Assembly (NCBI GenBank): GCA_012518745.1
Contig: JAAYRM010000200.1
Coordinates: forward strand, 1-55,134
DNA: 55,134 bases
Origin: Tissierellia bacterium
GTDB taxonomy: Bacteria; Bacillota; Clostridia; Tissierellales; Tepidimicrobiaceae
Direction: 5' to 3'
Within the stretch, counting starts at the first letter, position 1, and every line of letters starts with the position of its first letter. Position numbers and translations under genes: made by a program. Under the pieces are notes generated by a model, which ran no database searches, was not told where the DNA came from, and saw nothing but the letters and a program-made list of their open reading frames with translations. Positions 38,079 through 47,740 of the stretch are shown here, in pieces.

Positions 38079-41000
38079 ATGAGTGAATCAGCCGATAAGT
38101 TACTTGCTATATTTGAAAGAAATGATATAGAAATCAATTTAGATATAGATACCATATCCGTGGAAGGTGTCCATATAACCAATAATGATAAGGCACTTCA
38201 TATACTCCTAGCTTCGGAAGCAATAGTACGGGAAGAGGTGTTAGAGGAATTAGAGGCCGTAATTGGCAATAGGTTTAGGGATTGGCAGGTTAGGACTAGA
38301 ATTAGATATAGACTACCTGGTCAGCCTTTAGATACTATAAAGGAATATTGGGATAATATAGTATATTTTATTGGAAAGGAGATTCCTTCCAGTATCTCGT
38401 GGATTGAAGATTTAGAGTGGGAGTTAGCAGATAATACCCTCCTTATCTCTGTGCATAGTGATGTAATACATCATATACTTACAACCAATAAAATGGAGAA
38501 CAGAATTCAGGATAAGATAAGGGATGAACTGGGTATGGAACTCACCGTATATCTAGATGATTCGAAGATTATAGATAATGATGATAGTATCATCAAGCGG
38601 AAGAATAAAGAGGAAAAGAAATTATCAACGGATGTATTAAATGATATCAATGGTAATGGAAATGGCGCCGGTGGGGATCGGAATGCAATAGGAAGGCATT
38701 ATGTCTTGGGCGATAGGATAGCAGAGGCACCCATCAGTATAAATACGATCGATATGGATACTGGTATGGCTACAATCTGCGGGGAAGTATTTGAAATGGA
38801 TGTTCGGGATATCAAAGGTAATAGAAAGCTGGTAATCTTCAACATAACGGACCTAACCGATTCCATAACCGTAAAGGTATTTTTAACTCAAAACCAGTTT
38901 AAAAAATTTCAGTTAAACGTCAGGGATGGTTCCTATGTAAAGGTATCTGGAAATATTATATATGATAATTATTCTAAATTTCTGGTTCTTATGATGAAAT
39001 CTTTAAATGTATTGGAAAAGCATATAAGGATGGATTCGAAGGATATAAAACGAGTAGAACTTCATGCCCATACGCAGATGAGTTCCATGGATGGGGTTAT
39101 CAGCTGCAGGGAATTAATAAAAAGGGCAAAAAAATGGAATCATAATGCCATAGCCATAACAGATCATGGGGTTGTGCAGGGATTTCCGGAAGCTATGCGT
39201 GCGGGAAATGACTTTGACATAAAGGTCATATATGGCATGGAGGGGTACCTAGTCGATGATGAGAGAAGGATCGTATATAACTGCAATGTTGAACGATATG
39301 GAGAGAGGTACGTTGTCTTCGATTTAGAGACTACCGGACTTTCACCTATGAACGATATGATAATTGAAATAGGTGCTGTGAAGATTGAAGATGGGGTAAT
39401 CGTGGATGAATTTAGTCAATTGATTAATCCGGGAAGACCAATTCCCCTGAAGATAGTAAATATTACCGGTATTACGGATACAATGGTCGAGGATAAGCCT
39501 AAAATCCACGATGTATTACCAAGTTTTTATGAATTCATCCAGGATTCGGTGCTAGTAGCGCATAATGCTGTATTTGATATGGGGTTTTTAAGAAAACAAC
39601 TTTCAAATATAGATAGAGAGATAGAAAATCCTGTTTTAGATACATTGGAATTAGCTAAATCATTGTTTCCACATCTGAAGAGGCATCGCCTAGATGTAAT
39701 TGCCAAGCATTTAGATGTAGACCTAATAAATCATCACAGGGCCGTAGATGATGCTAGGGCCACAGCGAATATTTTTTTAAAATGTCTAGATATCCTAAAG
39801 GATGATGATATAGATAACCTGGAACATATAAATAGATTGATCGGTAGGAAAGATATTTCAAGGGATAGGGCATTTCACGTAATTATACTGGTAAAGAACA
39901 TCATAGGGCTTAAGAATCTGTATAAGATGGTTTCAGAATCGCATTTAAATTATTTTCATAGGCAGCCGAAGATTCCAAAATCCCTACTAAGAGCACATAG
40001 GGAGGGGTTGATCATCGGGAGTGCATGCGAATCCGGTGAATTATATAGGGCAATTCTAGAAAATAGGGATGAGAATGCGATAGGGGATATAATCGATTTC
40101 TATGATTATCTAGAGGTGCAGCCCATAGCTAATAATATGCACCTCATAAGGGATGGTTTGCTCCGCGATGAGGAACAACTGAGGGAAATAAACAGGGATA
40201 TCGTTAGACTTGGTGAAAGATTTCAGAAAAAGGTTATAGCCACGGGGGACGTACATTTTCTAGATCCTGAGGACGATATATATAGAAAGATATTGATGTT
40301 TGGCAAGAGGTATTCAGATGCGGAACATCAGCCCCCCCTCTTCTTTAAGACCACAGGGGAGATGTTAGAAGAATTCGAATATCTAGGCAGGGAGAAAGCA
40401 GAGGAAATAGTTATCACGAATACGAATATGATTTCAGATAAGATAGAGAGGATAGTTCCGATACCTGCTGGGACATATCCACCAGTAATAGAGGGGGCAG
40501 AGGAGGATTTACAAAGGATAACATATGATAAGGCGATCGAGATATACGGGGATCCATTGCCCAAGATCGTTAAAGAAAGGCTCGATAAAGAACTCGATTC
40601 AATTATAAAGAATGGATATGCAGTAATGTATATCATAGCTCAGAGATTGGTATGGAAATCGATTGAAGATGGATATCTAGTTGGTTCGAGGGGCTCCGTT
40701 GGTTCCTCATTTGTGGCTACAATGAGTGGAATTACCGAGGTAAACCCCCTAGTACCCCATTACATATGTCCAAATTGCAAATATAGCGAGTTTATTGTAG
40801 ATGGTTCAATAGGATCGGGAATTGATCTTCCAGACAAAGCATGTCCTAAATGCCATACTATATTGGACAAGGATGGACATGATATCCCATTCGAGGTATT
40901 TTTGGGTTTTGAGGGGGATAAGGAACCGGATATAGATTTAAATTTTGCTGGGGAATACCAACCCAGGGCCCATAGATATACCGAACAATTATTTGGGGTA

Positions 41001-42353
41001 GACAATGTATTTAGAGCAGGAACTATAGGTACAATAGCTGATAAGACTGCATTCGGTTTCGTAAGAAAGTATCTCGATGAAAACCAGATAATGGTACATC
41101 CAGCTGAAATTAATAGATTAGTACGGGGTTGTACTGGAGTAAAACGTACGTCAGGTCAGCATCCCGGCGGGGTGATGATTGTGCCGGATGATAAGGATAT
41201 ACACGATTTTTCCCCAATACAATATCCAGCTAACGATCGAGAAGCAGGAGTTATTACCACACATTTTGATTATGATTCTATAAGTGGAAGAATTCTAAAA
41301 TTGGATATACTAGGTCATGATGTACCTACAATGATTAGAATGTTAGAGGGCATCACCGGGGTAAATTATGGGGAAATCCCCTTAGATGATGAAAAGACCA
41401 TGCAGCTTTTTACCGGCATAGAACCCTTGGATATTCGGGAAGGGGATATAGATTTAAGGGTTGGTACATTAGGCATACCTGAATTCGGTACTAAATTTGT
41501 CAGGCAGATGTTGATCGATACGAAGCCGACTACCTTTGCGGATCTGGTAAGGATTAGCGGTCTATCCCATGGTACCGATGTATGGCTAAATAATGCACAG
41601 GATTTAGTACGAAGTGGAAAAACTACACTGAGCCAAGTGATATCCACGAGGGATGATATTATGCTGTATTTAATATATTCCGGGCTTGACGAGATGATTG
41701 CGTTTAATATTATGGAAAGAGTTCGAAGGGGACGGGGTCTGACTGAAGATGATGAAAGGGAAATGCGTAGTTTCGGCGTGCCGGAATGGTATATAGAATC
41801 CTGTAATAAGATAAAATATATGTTTCCTAAGGCGCATGCGGTTGCGTATGTGACAATGTCATTCAGAATAGCTTATTTTAAGGTCCATCACCCTGAAGCT
41901 TTTTATGCAACTTACTTTACTACAAAAGCCCAGGATTTCGATGCCAATTTAGTTTTACAGGGTAATGAATCGGTCAAGGGCAGGATGAGGGAGCTCAGGA
42001 ACCTATCCAATAAAGCAACTGCGAAGGAAAGAAATCTATTAACCGTACTAGAGGTGGTAGAGGAGATGTATGCCCGTGGTTTCCAATTTGAAAGGGTGGA
42101 TCTATATAGATCCGATAGCGATAAATTTCTGATAGGGAATGATGGTATATTACCACCATTCAAGAGCCTAGACGGTTTAGGGGAAAATGCGGCAAAGCAA
42201 ATAGTAGAAGAGCGTAATAAATCCAAGTTTATATCGATAGAGGACCTGGTCTCCAGGACTAGAATAACGCGCCCAGCCCTAGAAGCATTAAGGGAGCACA
42301 ATTGTCTCGAGGATCTACCGGAGAGTAATCAAATGAGTATTTTTAACCTTTGA
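38079..42353 (+). CDS. polC: DNA polymerase III alpha subunit, PolC type
   Basis: 1424 aa with an OB-fold region, a PHP domain (VELHAHTQMSSMDG), an inserted 3'-5' exonuclease (VVFDLETTGL, HNAVFDMGFL, HRAVDDA) and the polymerase core. Confidence 0.97.
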   Translation: MSESADKLLAIFERNDIEINLDIDTISVEGVHITNNDKALHILLASEAIVREEVLEELEAVIGNRFRDWQVRTRIRYRLPGQPLDTIKEYWDNIVYFIGKEIPSSISWIEDLEWELADNTLLISVHSDVIHHILTTNKMENRIQDKIRDELGMELTVYLDDSKIIDNDDSIIKRKNKEEKKLSTDVLNDINGNGNGAGGDRNAIGRHYVLGDRIAEAPISINTIDMDTGMATICGEVFEMDVRDIKGNRKLVIFNITDLTDSITVKVFLTQNQFKKFQLNVRDGSYVKVSGNIIYDNYSKFLVLMMKSLNVLEKHIRMDSKDIKRVELHAHTQMSSMDGVISCRELIKRAKKWNHNAIAITDHGVVQGFPEAMRAGNDFDIKVIYGMEGYLVDDERRIVYNCNVERYGERYVVFDLETTGLSPMNDMIIEIGAVKIEDGVIVDEFSQLINPGRPIPLKIVNITGITDTMVEDKPKIHDVLPSFYEFIQDSVLVAHNAVFDMGFLRKQLSNIDREIENPVLDTLELAKSLFPHLKRHRLDVIAKHLDVDLINHHRAVDDARATANIFLKCLDILKDDDIDNLEHINRLIGRKDISRDRAFHVIILVKNIIGLKNLYKMVSESHLNYFHRQPKIPKSLLRAHREGLIIGSACESGELYRAILENRDENAIGDIIDFYDYLEVQPIANNMHLIRDGLLRDEEQLREINRDIVRLGERFQKKVIATGDVHFLDPEDDIYRKILMFGKRYSDAEHQPPLFFKTTGEMLEEFEYLGREKAEEIVITNTNMISDKIERIVPIPAGTYPPVIEGAEEDLQRITYDKAIEIYGDPLPKIVKERLDKELDSIIKNGYAVMYIIAQRLVWKSIEDGYLVGSRGSVGSSFVATMSGITEVNPLVPHYICPNCKYSEFIVDGSIGSGIDLPDKACPKCHTILDKDGHDIPFEVFLGFEGDKEPDIDLNFAGEYQPRAHRYTEQLFGVDNVFRAGTIGTIADKTAFGFVRKYLDENQIMVHPAEINRLVRGCTGVKRTSGQHPGGVMIVPDDKDIHDFSPIQYPANDREAGVITTHFDYDSISGRILKLDILGHDVPTMIRMLEGITGVNYGEIPLDDEKTMQLFTGIEPLDIREGDIDLRVGTLGIPEFGTKFVRQMLIDTKPTTFADLVRISGLSHGTDVWLNNAQDLVRSGKTTLSQVISTRDDIMLYLIYSGLDEMIAFNIMERVRRGRGLTEDDEREMRSFGVPEWYIESCNKIKYMFPKAHAVAYVTMSFRIAYFKVHHPEAFYATYFTTKAQDFDANLVLQGNESVKGRMRELRNLSNKATAKERNLLTVLEVVEEMYARGFQFERVDLYRSDSDKFLIGNDGILPPFKSLDGLGENAAKQIVEERNKSKFISIEDLVSRTRITRPALEALREHNCLEDLPESNQMSIFNL

Positions 42354-42377
42354 TTTTTTTGCCTGTTATGATATAAT
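42350..42377 (+). promoter_or_regulatory. promoter-like TTGATT - 16 nt - TATAAT overlapping the polC stop
   Basis: TTGATT at 42350-42355 and TATAAT at 42372-42377. Its function is uncertain because a terminator-like hairpin follows about 40 nt downstream. Confidence 0.3.
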
Positions 42378-42414
42378 TATACTGACATTAGCAGGATGTA
42401 TGGATATATGGAAG

Positions 42415-42446
42415 AGAGTGGGCTTATCCCACTCTTAATTTGTTTG
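42415..42446 (+). terminator. hairpin plus T-rich tail in the polC-rimP spacer
   Basis: AGAGTGGG (42415-42422) pairs with CCCACTCT (42428-42435) around the loop CTTAT. TAATTTGTTT follows. Confidence 0.6.
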
Positions 42447-42519
42447 GAATGAGCCTGATTATGTAGTATATTTTTATCTTCATTACAAAAAATAGATATA
42501 GTTTTATGGGGGTGGTATC

Positions 42520-42984
42520 TTGAGTAGAAGAAATGTACTTAAAATCGTTGGGGAGCACTGCAAACCTATAGTTGAGGGATTAGGATATGATTTAGTGGAT
42601 TTAGAATATGTTAGAGAAAACAATAGATATTTTCTACGATTCTATATAGGCAAACTCGGGGGAATTAGTATAGATGATTGCCAAGTAGTAAGCGAACAGG
42701 TAGGGGCCAAATTAGATGAACTGGACCTTATAGAGGATAGTTATTATCTAGAGGTCTCGTCTCCTGGCTTGGATAGACCTTTAGAGACGGACAGGGATTT
42801 GGCTAGGAATAAGGGGGAGCAAATAGAAATCAGCCTATATAAGCAGCTGGACGGGAAAAAGAGGTATATAGGTAAATTGGTAGGATTTTCGGATGAGCAT
42901 GTAATTATCGCAGATGATGCATCAGGGGCAAAGGAAATAAATAGGGATATTATCGCAAATATTAAATTATCTATTGAGCTATAA
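42520..42984 (+). CDS. rimP: ribosome maturation factor RimP
   Basis: GYDLVDLEY ... YLEVSSPGLDRPL signature. TTG start after GGGGGTGG. The gene precedes nusA. Confidence 0.88.
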   Translation: MSRRNVLKIVGEHCKPIVEGLGYDLVDLEYVRENNRYFLRFYIGKLGGISIDDCQVVSEQVGAKLDELDLIEDSYYLEVSSPGLDRPLETDRDLARNKGEQIEISLYKQLDGKKRYIGKLVGFSDEHVIIADDASGAKEINRDIIANIKLSIEL

Positions 42985-42998
42985 GGAGGGTGTAGTGA

Positions 42999-44048
42999 AT
43001 GAATGTGGAGTTTATAGAGGCCCTTGATGATATAGAAAGGGAAAAAGGGGTACCTAAGGATGTTATATTGGATGCCCTGGAATCTGCTCTTATTTCAAGC
43101 TAAAGGAAAAATTTTGGATCATCACAGAATGTTGAAATTGAAATAGATAAGGACACAGGAGAGGTAAAGGTATATGCCAAAAAAATGGTGGTAGAAGAGG
43201 TTGAGAATGATCTAACGGAAATAGATGTAGCAGAGGCCGAGGGTATAGATGAAAAATATCAATTAGGCGATATCGCTAATATAGAGATAACCCCCAAAGA
43301 TTTTGGTAGAATTGCAGCTCAGACAGCGAAACAGGTTGTAATTCAAAGAATCAAGGATGCCGAAAGGGATGTAATATTTGATGAATTTAGAAATAGGGAG
43401 AATGAAATAATCACCGGTACGGTTCAAAGACAAAGCAACAATAATGTTTATATCGACCTTGGTAAAACGGAGGGAATCTTACCCTATACAGAGCAAATAG
43501 AGGGGGAAACATATAAGCAAGGTGATAGGATAAAACTCTTCATACTGGAGGTAAAGAAGACAACTAAAGGGCCACAGATTATATTATCTAGGTCACATCC
43601 CGGTGTAGTCAAAAGATTATTCGAATTGGAGGTGCCGGAAACCCACGAGGGCATAGTAGATATCTATGCTATATCGAGGGAGGCTGGGTCAAGAACCAAA
43701 ATTGCTGTTCATTCCAGGGATCCCAATGTAGATCCGGTGGGTGCATGTGTGGGATTTAAGGGGAGCAGGGTAAAAGCCATAGTAGAGGAATTGAATGGTG
43801 AAAAGATAGACATAGTTATTTGGAGTAAGGATATAGGAGAATTTATTGCCAATAGTTTAAGTCCATCAAAGGTGATTAAGGTTGAGGTTTGCGAAAAAGA
43901 AAAATCAGCCCTAGTGGTTGTACCGGATTATCAGCTATCATTGGCAATTGGCAAAGAGGGTCAGAATGCGAGGTTGGCCGCCAAATTGACTGCATGGAAG
44001 ATAGACATTAAAAGTGAAAGTCAATATGCTGAGAATTTGGAGGAATAA
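42999..44048 (+). pseudogene. nusA: transcription termination/antitermination factor NusA interrupted by an in-frame TAA at codon 35
   Basis: ATG 42999 lies 8 nt after AAGGAGGG and encodes MNVEFIEALDDIEREKGVPKDVILDALESALISS. TAA follows at 43101-43103. The same frame then continues RKNFGSSQNVEIEIDKDTGEVKVYAKK into the 287-aa ORF at 43185-44048, which carries S1 and two KH domains (DFGRIAAQTAKQV, DPVGACVGFKGSRV, LAIGKEGQNARLAAKLT). Confidence 0.85.
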
Positions 44049-44062
44049 GAGGTGATGATGAA

Positions 44063-44329
44063 ATGAGGAAGAGGAAAACACCCTTGAGGAAATGTATTGC
44101 ATGCTATGAAAGGAAGGCAAAGCAAGAACTGCTCAGAGTAGTGAGGAGTAAAGAGGGCCATATAGATATAGATAGGGTTGGCAAGATGAACGGAAGAGGT
44201 GCCTATATTTGTCCTACACATAATTGTTTAGATAGGATAGAAAAAAATCAACAGCTCTCCAGGGCCCTAAAGGCTGATATACCGGATGAGTTGTATGATA
44301 AAATTAGAGATATAATAGAGGATGATTAG
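44063..44329 (+). CDS. ylxR: YlxR-family RNA-binding protein (DUF448)
   Basis: PLRKCIACYERKAKQELLRVV ... GRGAYICP signature in the position after nusA. Confidence 0.85.
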   Translation: MRKRKTPLRKCIACYERKAKQELLRVVRSKEGHIDIDRVGKMNGRGAYICPTHNCLDRIEKNQQLSRALKADIPDELYDKIRDIIEDD

Positions 44330-44375
44330 AATGAGAGATTGATAATTACCTGTAAAAATATTGGGGGTGTATGGT

Positions 44376-46391
44376 TTGACCAAAATAAGGGTGTACAAAC
44401 TAGCTAAAGAATTGAATATGGCTAGCAGAGATCTTATAGCGAGGATGAAGGAACTAGATGTTGATGTAAATAGCCATATGAGCACATTGGATAAGGGTGA
44501 AGCCGAAACGATAAAGCAGATTATAGATGAAGATCAAGAAGCTGGAGTGGACGATGGTAATGAGGATACGGAGGTTAGGCATATAGAAACTAGAGAAAAG
44601 GATATCGTAAAGAATAGTAATGGAAACGCGGAGAATAAGCCGTTAAAGATAGAGGATACTATAATAGTCAGTGATTTAGCTGAAAAGATGGCCGTAAGCC
44701 CTACGGAAGTGATTACAACATTGATAGGATTAGGGGTTATGGCTAATCAAAATCAATTTATCGATTTTGAGACGGCTAGCATTGTGGGTGAAGAATTTGG
44801 CTTTGAGATAACTTCGGTTGAAATCGAGCCCGAAGATGAGGTCAAAGATGAATTCGATCTGGATTTTGAGGATGCCCCGGAGGATTTGAAGTCAAGGCCA
44901 CCTGTGGTTACCGTAATGGGACATGTGGACCATGGTAAAACTTCTTTGCTGGATGCTATCAGGGAAACGAATGTAACTGAAAAAGAGGCGGGTGGAATTA
45001 CCCAACATATAGGGGCCTCTGTTGTAGATGTTGAGGGGAATAAGGTGGTATTTTTGGACACCCCAGGTCATGAGGCTTTTACATCTATGAGGGCAAGGGG
45101 TACGCAAGTTACCGATATAGCCATATTGGTAGTAGCAGCTGATGATGGTGTAATGCCACAGACCGTAGAAGCGATTGATCATGCTAAGGCAGCCGGGGTT
45201 CCAATTATCGTTGCAATTAATAAAATAGATATGCCAGATGCTAATATAGAAAGAATAAAGCAGGAACTGACCGAATATGGGTTGGTACCAGAGGATTGGG
45301 GTGGAGATACGGTTATTGTGCCCGTGTCAGCCTTGAAAGGGGAAGGTATCGATGGGTTGCTAGAGATGATTCTGCTAGTTGCTGAATTACAAGAGCTCAA
45401 GGCTAATCCCGATCGAAATGCTGTATGTACAGTGGTTGAGGCTCAACTAGATAGAGGTAGGGGTCCCGTTGCAACGGTCCTGGTACAAAAAGGTACCTTA
45501 AATGTTGGTGAGATGATAGTTTGTGGTAGTGCCTATGGAAGGGTAAGGGCAATGTTCGATGATAAGGGGAACGCAATTAAAAAAGCCAATCCCTCTGTTC
45601 CGGCAATTATATTGGGTTTATCGGAAGTACCGGATGCCGGCGATATCATATATGTTGTAGATGATGAGAAAACTGCTAGAACCTATGCTGAGAAGAAAAA
45701 ACAAACACTTAGGGAAGAGGAACTACGCACATCACAGCAAGTATCATTGGATGATCTATTTGAGAAGATTAAGTCGGGTGAAATAGCCGATCTTAATATA
45801 ATTATAAAGACGGATGTAAGGGGAACTATAGATGCCATTAGGCAATCCATCGAGCAATTGGAAGATGATGAGGTAAGGGTTAATATCATCCATGGTGGTG
45901 TTGGCGGAATAACCGAAAGCGATATAATGCTGGCAGCTGCTTCGAATGCAATAATTATTGGATTCAATGTAAGACCGACTCTAAATGCCTTAGATATAGC
46001 TGAAGAACAGAATGTCGACGTGAGAACCTATAGGGTCATATATGAGGCGATAGAGGATATCAAATCGGCCATAAAGGGGATGCTAGAACCGGAGTATGTA
46101 GAGCAAGTTATTGGTAGGGCTGAGGTTAGGGATACCTTCAAGGTTCCCAATGTGGGCACGGTGGCAGGGATATATGTTCAGCAGGGCAAAATCACGCGTA
46201 ATAGCAGCATAAGGCTATTGAGGAACAATGTCGTTATATTCGAAGGGGATGTATCATCATTAAGAAGATTTAAGGATGATGTGAGGGAAGTATCCACTGG
46301 ATATGAGGGTGGCTTAGGATTGGAAAACTATAACGATATTAAGAATGGTGATATTTTAGAGGCTTATATATTTAAAGAGGTAGAAAGATAA
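44376..46391 (+). CDS. infB: translation initiation factor IF-2
   Basis: N-terminal IRVYKLAKELN, G-domain GHVDHGKTSLLD, DTPGHEAF and NKID. The likely TTG start at 44376 follows GGGGGTG (ORF-track start 44361). Confidence 0.95.
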   Translation: MTKIRVYKLAKELNMASRDLIARMKELDVDVNSHMSTLDKGEAETIKQIIDEDQEAGVDDGNEDTEVRHIETREKDIVKNSNGNAENKPLKIEDTIIVSDLAEKMAVSPTEVITTLIGLGVMANQNQFIDFETASIVGEEFGFEITSVEIEPEDEVKDEFDLDFEDAPEDLKSRPPVVTVMGHVDHGKTSLLDAIRETNVTEKEAGGITQHIGASVVDVEGNKVVFLDTPGHEAFTSMRARGTQVTDIAILVVAADDGVMPQTVEAIDHAKAAGVPIIVAINKIDMPDANIERIKQELTEYGLVPEDWGGDTVIVPVSALKGEGIDGLLEMILLVAELQELKANPDRNAVCTVVEAQLDRGRGPVATVLVQKGTLNVGEMIVCGSAYGRVRAMFDDKGNAIKKANPSVPAIILGLSEVPDAGDIIYVVDDEKTARTYAEKKKQTLREEELRTSQQVSLDDLFEKIKSGEIADLNIIIKTDVRGTIDAIRQSIEQLEDDEVRVNIIHGGVGGITESDIMLAAASNAIIIGFNVRPTLNALDIAEEQNVDVRTYRVIYEAIEDIKSAIKGMLEPEYVEQVIGRAEVRDTFKVPNVGTVAGIYVQQGKITRNSSIRLLRNNVVIFEGDVSSLRRFKDDVREVSTGYEGGLGLENYNDIKNGDILEAYIFKEVER

Positions 46392-46404
46392 GAGGTGGGT
46401 CTTG

Positions 46405-46782
46405 ATGAATATTAAGAGAATTAATCGTATTTCGGAAGAGGTTAAAAGGAAGATTTCGGAATTATTGACAACGGGGCTTAAGGATCCCAGGATTAATTCG
46501 ATGACAAGCGTCACAAAGGTAGATATAACCAGAGATTTGGGCTATGCAAACGTCTATATCAGCGTATTGGGGGATGAAAAGGCCAAGGAAGACACATTAA
46601 AAGGCCTAAGAAATGCGAAGGGGTTTATCAGGAAGGAAATAGCCGACGAGATAGATCTAAGATATATTCCCGATCTGATATTCCATTTAGATGAATCCAT
46701 TGAGCAGGGTATATATATGTCGAAATTGATAGAGAAAGTGGCAGAGGAAGACGCAAGGAAGAAGGGAAAAACTGATGGATAA
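46405..46782 (+). CDS. rbfA: ribosome-binding factor A
   Basis: RINRISEEVKRKISELL ... DPRI ... VTKVDITRDLGYANVYISVLG signature. Confidence 0.9.
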   Translation: MNIKRINRISEEVKRKISELLTTGLKDPRINSMTSVTKVDITRDLGYANVYISVLGDEKAKEDTLKGLRNAKGFIRKEIADEIDLRYIPDLIFHLDESIEQGIYMSKLIEKVAEEDARKKGKTDG

Positions 46783-47740
46783 TATAGATGATCTTATGGC
46801 AGATGCGATTCAATTGATTGGCAAATCCGATAATATATTGATAGCTTCCCATGTACAACCGGATGGGGATAGCATTGGTTCTGCATTGGCCCTAGCGATA
46901 GCATTAACAAAGATCAAAGATGGCATAAGGGTATTGAAAGTAGATGATATTCCCGCAGACTATAAATTTCTTCCTGGCATCGAATTGATCGGGGAATGGC
47001 AAAATGGGGAATTGGATCTGTTCATAGCCTTAGATTGCGCAGATATAGATAGATTGGGCCCGGGTAAGGCGTTGGCATTAAGGGCGAGGCATCTGATAAA
47101 TATAGATCATCATATAACGAATGATAATTTTGGGGATATCAATATCATAGCGGAATCGGCTGCGACGGGTGAATTGGTATATGACCTTATAAAAAGGATG
47201 GAGATCGGATTTGATACGGATATAGCGACATGTCTATATACTGCAATAAGCACCGATACAGGGAGGTTTATGTATAGCAATACTTCCCATAAAACACATC
47301 TTATTGCGTCTGAATTGTTGAAAATGGGTATAGATATTAATTCTATCAATACCAATCTATATCAGAATAGAAGTATAGAGAGGACGAACCTGTTCCTAGA
47401 TTCATTAAGTGGGTTGGAAATGTTTGCGGATGGTGAGGTAGCTGTGACTGCCATTACCCAAGATATGCTGGATATCAACAATGCAAAGCTGGAGGATACA
47501 GAGGGGATAATATCCTTTATAAGAGGAATTGATACCGTAGAGGTAGCCTGCTTATTAAAAGAGATTGCCAGGGGGGAAACCAAGGTCAGTATGAGGAGCA
47601 AGATGAGGATAGATGTTTCTAGGATATGCAATAAATTTGGTGGCGGAGGTCACTTGCGGGCGGCCGGCTGCACTATCTATGATGATATTGACCATGCTAA
47701 GAAACTGATATTGGATGAAATAAAGACTATATTCAGGTGA
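46775..47740 (+). CDS. nrnA: DHH/DHHA1 phosphoesterase (NrnA-like oligoribonuclease / pAp phosphatase)
   Basis: HVQPDGDSIGS, DCAD, IDHHITN and GGGGHLRAAG motifs. Confidence 0.8.
   Translation: MDNIDDLMADAIQLIGKSDNILIASHVQPDGDSIGSALALAIALTKIKDGIRVLKVDDIPADYKFLPGIELIGEWQNGELDLFIALDCADIDRLGPGKALALRARHLINIDHHITNDNFGDINIIAESAATGELVYDLIKRMEIGFDTDIATCLYTAISTDTGRFMYSNTSHKTHLIASELLKMGIDINSINTNLYQNRSIERTNLFLDSLSGLEMFADGEVAVTAITQDMLDINNAKLEDTEGIISFIRGIDTVEVACLLKEIARGETKVSMRSKMRIDVSRICNKFGGGGHLRAAGCTIYDDIDHAKKLILDEIKTIFR

Noticed and set aside
42396-42452. Tiny ORFs (12-18 codons, ATG 42396 or 42400) overlapping the polC-rimP hairpin, considered as leader peptides.
   Set aside because: There is no convincing RBS and no regulatory codon pattern. 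ORFs this short are expected by chance.
43101-43103. Possible genome-wide reassignment of TAA (an alternative genetic code) as the explanation for the nusA internal stop.
   Set aside because: TAA ends many genes in this window at the expected positions, for example flgB at 501-503 and fliM at 14500-14502. No other recognised gene contains an in-frame TAA, so the event is local to nusA.
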